DNA from: an uncultured delta proteobacterium
GTDB lineage: Bacteria > Desulfobacterota > Syntrophorhabdia > Syntrophorhabdales > WCHB1-27
NCBI GenBank assembly: GCA_963825005.1
Contig: CAWGRP010000004.1
Span: forward strand, 1-32,000
Direction: 5' to 3'
Length of the DNA stretch: 32,000 nucleotides
Positions within the stretch are counted from its first letter, which is position 1, and the number at the start of each line of letters is the position of its first letter. The notes under the pieces were generated by a model. It saw nothing but the letters and a program-made list of their open reading frames with translations. It did not search any database and was not told the DNA's origin. Made by a program: the position numbers and the translations under genes. Shown here one piece after another: positions 27,142 to 32,000 of the stretch.

Positions 27142-27504
27142 CTAGCACTTGGACGGTTTGAGACTCGGCTCATCATCGTCGTCCCCATCACTCTTGGCTG
27201 GGGGCAGAAGTATGTCTCCCTTTGAATCAACCTGCAGCGACATCTTCTTGAGAATCTCCTGCGTCATGCCAGGCACCTTCAAGAGGTCATCAGTTTTTTT
27301 GAAGGCGCCGTTCTTGGTGCGGTAATCGACGATCGCCTTGGCGAGGACCGCCGTGACTCCGGGAACCTTGGCGAGCCGAGTCGCACTCGCTTTGTTCAGG
27401 CTCGTCTTTCCTCCTGCTTGAGCTTCCGCCGTAGCGGTATATCCCATCAGGAACAGGGCCGCCACCAGGATAAGTGCCAACAGACGATATGTTCTCGTAG
27501 GCAT
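27142..27504 (-). CDS. Exported ComEA-like helix-hairpin-helix protein (copy b)
   Basis: Signal peptide MPTRTYRLLALILVAALFLMGYTATAEA, then SLNKASATRLAKVPGVTAVLAKAIVDYRTKNGAFKKTDDLLKVPGMTQEILKKM. The acidic tail is DGDDDDEPSLKPSKC. The RBS is AAGGAGGAG. Confidence 0.8.
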   Translation of the reverse strand: MPTRTYRLLALILVAALFLMGYTATAEAQAGGKTSLNKASATRLAKVPGVTAVLAKAIVDYRTKNGAFKKTDDLLKVPGMTQEILKKMSLQVDSKGDILLPPAKSDGDDDDEPSLKPSKC

Positions 27505-27615
27505 CTTTTCTCCTCCTTCTTAATCGTGATGGCGCACGGCGGGCAACAGGTCCTCATCCGCCATGTGCCGTCACACGCATTTCATACACGCCTATAGTCC
27601 ATCAGTTTATCTTCA

Positions 27616-27945
27616 TTAGTACCTTGGCAGCTTGGCCTCATCATCGTCGCCGCCGCTTTTCGCAGGCCCGAAAGCCAGGGCCGGCGCCACTGCATCGACC
27701 TTCTCCTTCGTCATGCCGGGTACCTTCATCAGGTCATCAGCAGACTTGAATGAACCCGATTTCGTGCGTGTCTCAACCATAGCCTTTGCCATGTCGCCGG
27801 AGATTCCCGGGACCTTTCCCAGTTGGTCCGCAGTCGCTGCGTTTACGTTCACCTTCGCCGGTCCTTGCGCGCACACGGCTGCTGCCAGGATAAAAGCAAA
27901 ACCCAGGCAAACAACAAACCCTGCAACTAATGTCTTCTTAATCAT
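27616..27945 (-). CDS. Exported ComEA-like helix-hairpin-helix protein (copy a)
   Basis: Signal peptide MIKKTLVAGFVVCLGFAFILAAAVCA, then VNVNAATADQLGKVPGISGDMAKAMVETRTKSGSFKSADDLMKVPGMTKEKVDAV. The acidic tail is GGDDDEAKLPRY. The RBS is AAAGGAGGA. Confidence 0.8.
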   Translation of the reverse strand: MIKKTLVAGFVVCLGFAFILAAAVCAQGPAKVNVNAATADQLGKVPGISGDMAKAMVETRTKSGSFKSADDLMKVPGMTKEKVDAVAPALAFGPAKSGGDDDEAKLPRY

Positions 27946-28134
27946 CTCTCTGTCCTCCTTTTGTGTTTAGTTTGACACGTTAAATCCTGCGTTTTTCTCT
28001 GCTGTCTATTATCAGTCAACCAGAAACACGTACCGTATTAGGCCGGAACCGGGGAAGTCCTGGGCGATCTAAAATCAGCGTCCGAGCGCTCCCCCAGCTC
28101 CGCGAGGCCTGCGATACGATCTATATGTACATAC

Positions 28135-29496
28135 TTACTTCGCCATTTTCCAGATGGCCGGGCAGTCACCGCTCAAGGGTTCTGCCTTGCTCAGGTCTTT
28201 GCCGGCCAGCCCCGGATAATCCTTTCCATACTTGTAAGACCGATGAATCATGTTGGCGGCAAGATCCTCCCTCGCCGATACGCTGTGTTTCGCGTCGTCA
28301 TAGAAGCAGTTAATCTTGTCCCCTGGAAAAACAGGGTTAACCCATTCCCAGACCACTTGCGGCTTCGGGTCATGCGTAACCTCGAAGACGTGACCATGAT
28401 TGCTCGATGTCACCAGGATATTGCCGTTGGGAAGCTTCTGCGCCGACCCCTGGTACGTAGTATAGAAACTGTTTCCGATGACCGGCTCAAACTGCCAGAC
28501 AATCTTACCCGTCTTCGGATCCATCTCTACAACGCGGGAACGGTTTTTTTCCGGCCGTTTCCAGCCGTTGTCAAATATCTGAAAATTGCCGTTTTCAAGC
28601 CGCGTTACATGGTGAGGACCGAAGAGAATCTGATCTCCGTCGTCCACGAAGCCGGGTTTTTTGCCTTTGCCGTAGGTAGTCGGATTGCCCCAGCGATACT
28701 CGATCGCGCCCGTCTTGTGATTGATAAGGAAGAATTCGCCGAAATTTCGGGAATTGACGAGGATCTGATCGGTCGCAGGGATATAGTCGAGCGTGTTGAA
28801 ATGCGTCCAGTCAGGCACGTGCATATATCCGCTTGCTTTGGGCAGCTGGTAGTTGACGTTCAGTTTCTTCGGCCCCTTTCCTATGTGGTCCCAGGCATGC
28901 CACTCCCATACTACCTTCTTGTCCCTGTTGACCTCCTTCACGTAATCCGGCCAGAGGCCCGTATATTTCATTCCTTCGAATTCGAATTCCTTAGGCATGG
29001 TCTTCGGGTTACGCCCTTTCTTGATCGCTTCGGCAGCGCTCTTGTATTCCCAGCCCAGCACAAGAATATTCCCGTTCGGCATGATGTTGAAGCAGTGGTG
29101 CTGAACCATGGTCGGGGTATACTCCTTGTATTCCCAGACAACGTTTCCATCCCAATCGATTTCCTGAATTAGACCGGCGGTGCCACCGAACTTGACAGGC
29201 GCCTTGTCGGGGTCCGGCCTTCCGGCCCGCAGAAGATTCCCATTCGGCAGGAGCATCGCGAAAAGCCCCGGCATATACGGGCTCTTCCATGTATGGACGA
29301 CGTTTCCCTCCATATCGATGAGATAGGTGGTCGTGCTCAAACTGGGAGCAAACAACATGTAACCATCGTATGCCTTTTCCTTGTTGTATCTGATTAGTCC
29401 GGTTGGCCCGTAGAGCAGCTCATAGGCCCCTGCTGAAATTACTGAAACCGCGATAAACGTCATAACGGCTAACGCACACAAACATTTTTTGGACAT
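28135..29496 (-). CDS. Exported arylsulfotransferase (ASST)-like beta-propeller protein
   Basis: Internal start ATG 29496 is preceded by GAGGGGGAAGG. The signal peptide is MSKKCLCALAVMTFIAVSVISAGA. Blade-like motifs repeat: LPNGNLL, MPNGNILV, LENGNFQIFDNG and LPNGNILVTSS, each followed by VVWEY, VVWEWHAWDH, IVWQFE or VVWEW. This pattern is typical of proteins annotated as aryl-sulfate sulfotransferase family. Confidence 0.6.
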   Translation of the reverse strand: MSKKCLCALAVMTFIAVSVISAGAYELLYGPTGLIRYNKEKAYDGYMLFAPSLSTTTYLIDMEGNVVHTWKSPYMPGLFAMLLPNGNLLRAGRPDPDKAPVKFGGTAGLIQEIDWDGNVVWEYKEYTPTMVQHHCFNIMPNGNILVLGWEYKSAAEAIKKGRNPKTMPKEFEFEGMKYTGLWPDYVKEVNRDKKVVWEWHAWDHIGKGPKKLNVNYQLPKASGYMHVPDWTHFNTLDYIPATDQILVNSRNFGEFFLINHKTGAIEYRWGNPTTYGKGKKPGFVDDGDQILFGPHHVTRLENGNFQIFDNGWKRPEKNRSRVVEMDPKTGKIVWQFEPVIGNSFYTTYQGSAQKLPNGNILVTSSNHGHVFEVTHDPKPQVVWEWVNPVFPGDKINCFYDDAKHSVSAREDLAANMIHRSYKYGKDYPGLAGKDLSKAEPLSGDCPAIWKMAK

Positions 29497-29722
29497 GCCT
29501 TCCCCCTCGTAAGAAGTTTTTATATTGAAGTGCCACACGGCCCTTCCACCAACTCTTTTCCCACCCCCTCTCAGCGTATAACTTGTTGCGCTAAACCAAG
29601 AAGCCCTATGCACGCAGCGTGCGTCTCTGTGAAGCGCGTTACAGTCTTCTCGACCGTCTGATACGTAGTAATCAAGCCGTAGGAAAATTATTACAGACGA
29701 TCGGAGAGATCCTGCTGATTAC

Positions 29723-29740
29723 ATGCGAACCCCATGCCAG
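29723..29740 (-). promoter_or_regulatory. Sigma-54 (-24/-12) promoter
   Basis: The minus strand reads CTGGCATGGGGTTCGCAT. Against the consensus YTGGCACGrNNNTTGCW, the GG and GC doublets have the exact spacing. The site is in the 433-nt gap between the sigma-54 activator gene and the ASST-like gene. Confidence 0.6.
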
Positions 29741-29844
29741 CGTAAAGAGTCTCAGGATATTTTGTAATCGCCTGAAATTAAAGGCAAGTAGCTGCCCCGT
29801 GACCAGACGAGGAGAAGCCGGAAAGCAAGAAATGTAAAGCCTCC

Positions 29845-29875
29845 TGCACAGATGTGCCTGTAGCTGCACAGATGG
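29845..29875. promoter_or_regulatory. Direct repeats, candidate enhancer (UAS) for the adjacent sigma-54 activator
   Basis: CTGCACAGATG occurs at 29845..29855 and again at 29865..29875, a 20-nt period. The first copy forms the inverted repeat GCACA-GA-TGTGC. The repeats centre roughly 120 nt upstream of the -24/-12 element. Confidence 0.45.
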
Positions 29876-29929
29876 TGATCGAGCTAATGGCCGCACAAAA
29901 CTGACTCTCTCCGTGGAAGATCTGCAGTT

Positions 29930-31291
29930 CTACATCTCCAGGCCGTACTGCGCCATCTTATCGTAAAAGGCGCGGCGGCTGATGCCGAGGAGGCGTGCGG
30001 CCATACTGCGGTTATTATCCGCAGCCTTCAGGGCTTTGACGATTGCTTTCTTCTCCGCCTCTTCAACCACCTGCCTCAAAGGCAGTGGCGTTCCATCCAC
30101 CCCACCGCTGGTCTCTTTCGCGGGACCTCGTTCAATGCTGAGGCAGTCGAGCGTGAGCGCCTCATCTTCGGCAAGAAGAACCGCTCGCTCCAGGATGTTG
30201 GCCAGTTCCCTGATGTTTCCCTTCCAGGGCCAGCTGTACATCGCCTCCAGCACGTTAGGTTTGATCGTGCTGATCTTCTTCTTGTATGCCTTGCAGAACT
30301 TGTTTAAGAAATGATCGATGAGGAGAGGAATGTCTTCCAGTCGCTCTCTCAAAGGAGGCAGGTGGAGAGGAACCACGGCCAGGCGATAGTACAGGTCATC
30401 ACGAAACATTTCCTCTTCTATCATTGGACGTAGATCACGGTTCGTCGCTGATATGAAACGCACGTCAATCTGGATTGTCTGATTTCCTCCAACGGGTTTT
30501 ATCTCTCTTTCCTGGATTGCCCGGAGCAGTTTCACCTGGGTGGAAAGTTTGATATTGGAGATCTCATCCAGGAATACAGTTCCCCCCTGGGCCTCCTCAA
30601 GCAGGCCTCTTTTGGCCCTTATGGCCCCGGTGAATGCGCCTTTGACATGACCGAAGAGCTCGCTCTCCAAAAGTGTTTCCGTCAACGCGCCGCAGTCGAT
30701 CGGCACAAAGGGATGGTCCTCCCGGGAGCTGTTCGCGTGAATCATCCGGGCCAGCAGCTCTTTGCCTGTTCCGCTTTCCCCTTCGATCAACACGGAGGCT
30801 TGCGAGTCGGATATCTTTTCAACCTTTCGCAGGAGTTCGTGCATCGCCCTGCTTGACCCAACGACCATCTTTGGGAACTCTCCGTTCTCTTCCTGAATGC
30901 GCAACGTATCCAGCTTCCGATGCAATTTTCCATATTCGAGTGCCCTGCGGAACAGGATCTCCGCCTCCTGCATCTTGAACGGTTTGGTGATATAGTGAAA
31001 AGCGCCGAGCTTTATAGCCTGCACTGCCGTCTCGATGGTTCCCACGCCGGTGATGATGATAAAAGGCAAGGTGGAATCGGAAGCTCTGACCCGTTCGAGA
31101 AGCTCGAGGCCGCTGAGGTCATCCATGGCCATGTCTGACAGGACAAGGTCAAACATGGTTTCTTCGATCGCCTTCCAGCCTTCCTCGCCGGACCCGGCAG
31201 TTGTCACGTCATAGCCAAGCCGGTTCAAGAATCGGGCAAGAACCTGCCTCATCTCCGGCTCATCTTCCACGATGAGAATTTTCTCAGCCAT
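29930..31291 (-). CDS. Sigma-54-dependent response regulator (NtrC family: REC + AAA+ + Fis-type HTH)
   Basis: REC domain: ILIVEDEPEMRQVL...DLVLSDMAMDD. Walker A: GESGTGKE. GAFTGA is present (GHVKGAFTGA). C-terminal HTH: NRSMAARLLGISRRAFYDKM. Confidence 0.95.
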   Translation of the reverse strand: MAEKILIVEDEPEMRQVLARFLNRLGYDVTTAGSGEEGWKAIEETMFDLVLSDMAMDDLSGLELLERVRASDSTLPFIIITGVGTIETAVQAIKLGAFHYITKPFKMQEAEILFRRALEYGKLHRKLDTLRIQEENGEFPKMVVGSSRAMHELLRKVEKISDSQASVLIEGESGTGKELLARMIHANSSREDHPFVPIDCGALTETLLESELFGHVKGAFTGAIRAKRGLLEEAQGGTVFLDEISNIKLSTQVKLLRAIQEREIKPVGGNQTIQIDVRFISATNRDLRPMIEEEMFRDDLYYRLAVVPLHLPPLRERLEDIPLLIDHFLNKFCKAYKKKISTIKPNVLEAMYSWPWKGNIRELANILERAVLLAEDEALTLDCLSIERGPAKETSGGVDGTPLPLRQVVEEAEKKAIVKALKAADNNRSMAARLLGISRRAFYDKMAQYGLEM

Positions 31292-32000
31292 GCTTTCTTG
31301 TTTCCACGCCAGCCTCTTTCATCGGCTCCGTCGAAGACTCACCGAGAGGGAGATCGATGAAAATGGTCGTCCCTTCTCCCATCTTCGATTCTACACGCAC
31401 GGACCCATTATGCTTCTCGATGATACGCTTCGAGATCGAGAGGCCGAGCCCGAAGCCCTTGTTCTTTCTTGCTGTGTAGAAGGGGTTAAATATTTTTGGC
31501 AAATCCTTTTCAGGTATGCCCATACCGGTATCAGCTATTCGGAGACAAACATTCTGGCTGCCGTTCTGCCTTTCCCTGGAAACCTGTATCCGGATGGTAC
31601 CTTTGTCCGAAATCGCCTGGATTGAATTGAGGATCAGGTTGACAAAGACCTGCTGCATCTGGTTGTCATCCCCCTCAAACATCACCGGCTCTGCAGGAAA
31701 CGCCTTCTCCACGCGAATCCCTTTCTGTCTTAATTGTTGTTTGCAGAGAGATAAGGACTCCTCAACCAGAGAAGATAAGTCAATAGGCGCATGTGCCGGC
31801 GGCCGTGGCCGTGTAAAGGTCAAGAGATCATCGATGAACTTTCCCGCCCGAACCGCATTCCGTTCGATCGCTTCCAGGCCCTCTTTGGCGCTTTCCTGGC
31901 ACAATTGCAGCTGGAGAAGTTCCTCTGTGTTGGCCAGTATGATACCCAGGGGATTGTTGATCTCATGGGCGATTCCCGCGGCCATCTCGCCCATGATCGC
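31284..32000 (-). CDS. Sensor histidine kinase, C-terminal part (5' end beyond the window)
   Basis: H-box: AAGIAHEINNPLG. N/G boxes: QVFVNLILNSIQA, DTGMGIP and GFGLGLSISKRII. The ORF is open to the window edge. Its stop overlaps the response-regulator start by 8 nt. Confidence 0.9.
   Translation of the reverse strand, partial: AIMGEMAAGIAHEINNPLGIILANTEELLQLQLCQESAKEGLEAIERNAVRAGKFIDDLLTFTRPRPPAHAPIDLSSLVEESLSLCKQQLRQKGIRVEKAFPAEPVMFEGDDNQMQQVFVNLILNSIQAISDKGTIRIQVSRERQNGSQNVCLRIADTGMGIPEKDLPKIFNPFYTARKNKGFGLGLSISKRIIEKHNGSVRVESKMGEGTTIFIDLPLGESSTEPMKEAGVETRKHG

Noticed and set aside
29531-29536. TGGCAC hexamer (minus strand) 35 nt upstream of the ASST-like start, considered as a sigma-54 -24 box
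   Set aside because: The sequence at the -12 position is TATAA, with no GC doublet. The element at 29723..29740 matches both boxes with correct spacing and is the better candidate.
29672-29896. 74-aa minus-strand ORF inside the regulator/ASST intergenic region
   Set aside because: It spans the candidate UAS and the sigma-54 promoter, and it lacks an RBS and any motif. The region is better explained as regulatory DNA.
1-32000. Looked for CRISPR-like spaced repeats, IS/transposase or integrase genes, tRNA/rRNA genes, toxin-antitoxin pairs and defence-system signatures
   Set aside because: I found none by eye. The only repeats seen are short regulatory-scale ones. A tRNAscan/Infernal run and a repeat finder would be needed to be certain.

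Overview
This is a bacterial chromosomal window. I saw no rRNA, tRNA, CRISPR array, transposase or integrase by eye. From about 3.9 kb to the right edge almost all genes are on the minus strand, and the content looks like an anaerobic respiratory generalist.

Left to right:
- Plus strand: an exported AlkP-superfamily phosphodiesterase, an exported hypothetical protein and a HAD-like hydrolase.
- Minus strand: a TetR regulator followed by a VKOR-like protein and a small membrane protein, with two matching 8-2-8 palindromic operators.
- A frameshifted NADH-oxidase/CoA-disulfide-reductase-type flavoprotein.
- A TtrB/TtrA-like FeS plus molybdopterin pair (tetrathionate-reductase-like), with four frame changes and no membrane subunit.
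- An ars operon, arsM-arsC-arsR-acr3, with a clear sigma-70-type promoter and a palindromic operator.
- Plus strand: a small ORF and an HMA-CDF metal exporter.
- Minus strand: a Usp-family gene, a 57-aa membrane ORF missing from the supplied track, and a YeiH-family transporter.

The most interesting part is a co-directional cluster of about 12 kb running from 29.7 to 17.9 kb on the minus strand. It lies downstream of a histidine kinase / NtrC-type sigma-54 activator pair and a good sigma-54 promoter with upstream repeats. In order it encodes an ASST-like beta-propeller, two tandem exported ComEA-like HhH proteins, a Tat-exported AlkP-superfamily (COG3379-like) enzyme, a PsrABC-like molybdoenzyme, and a third ComEA-like HhH protein. 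That third HhH gene is translationally coupled to a 956-aa exported orphan built from two tandem modules of about 470 aa.

At least seven single-nucleotide frame disruptions are visible, six of them between 5.6 and 13.6 kb. The sequence alone does not show whether these are assembly or sequencing errors or real gene decay. All family calls rest on motifs I recognise in the translations. No database search was run.
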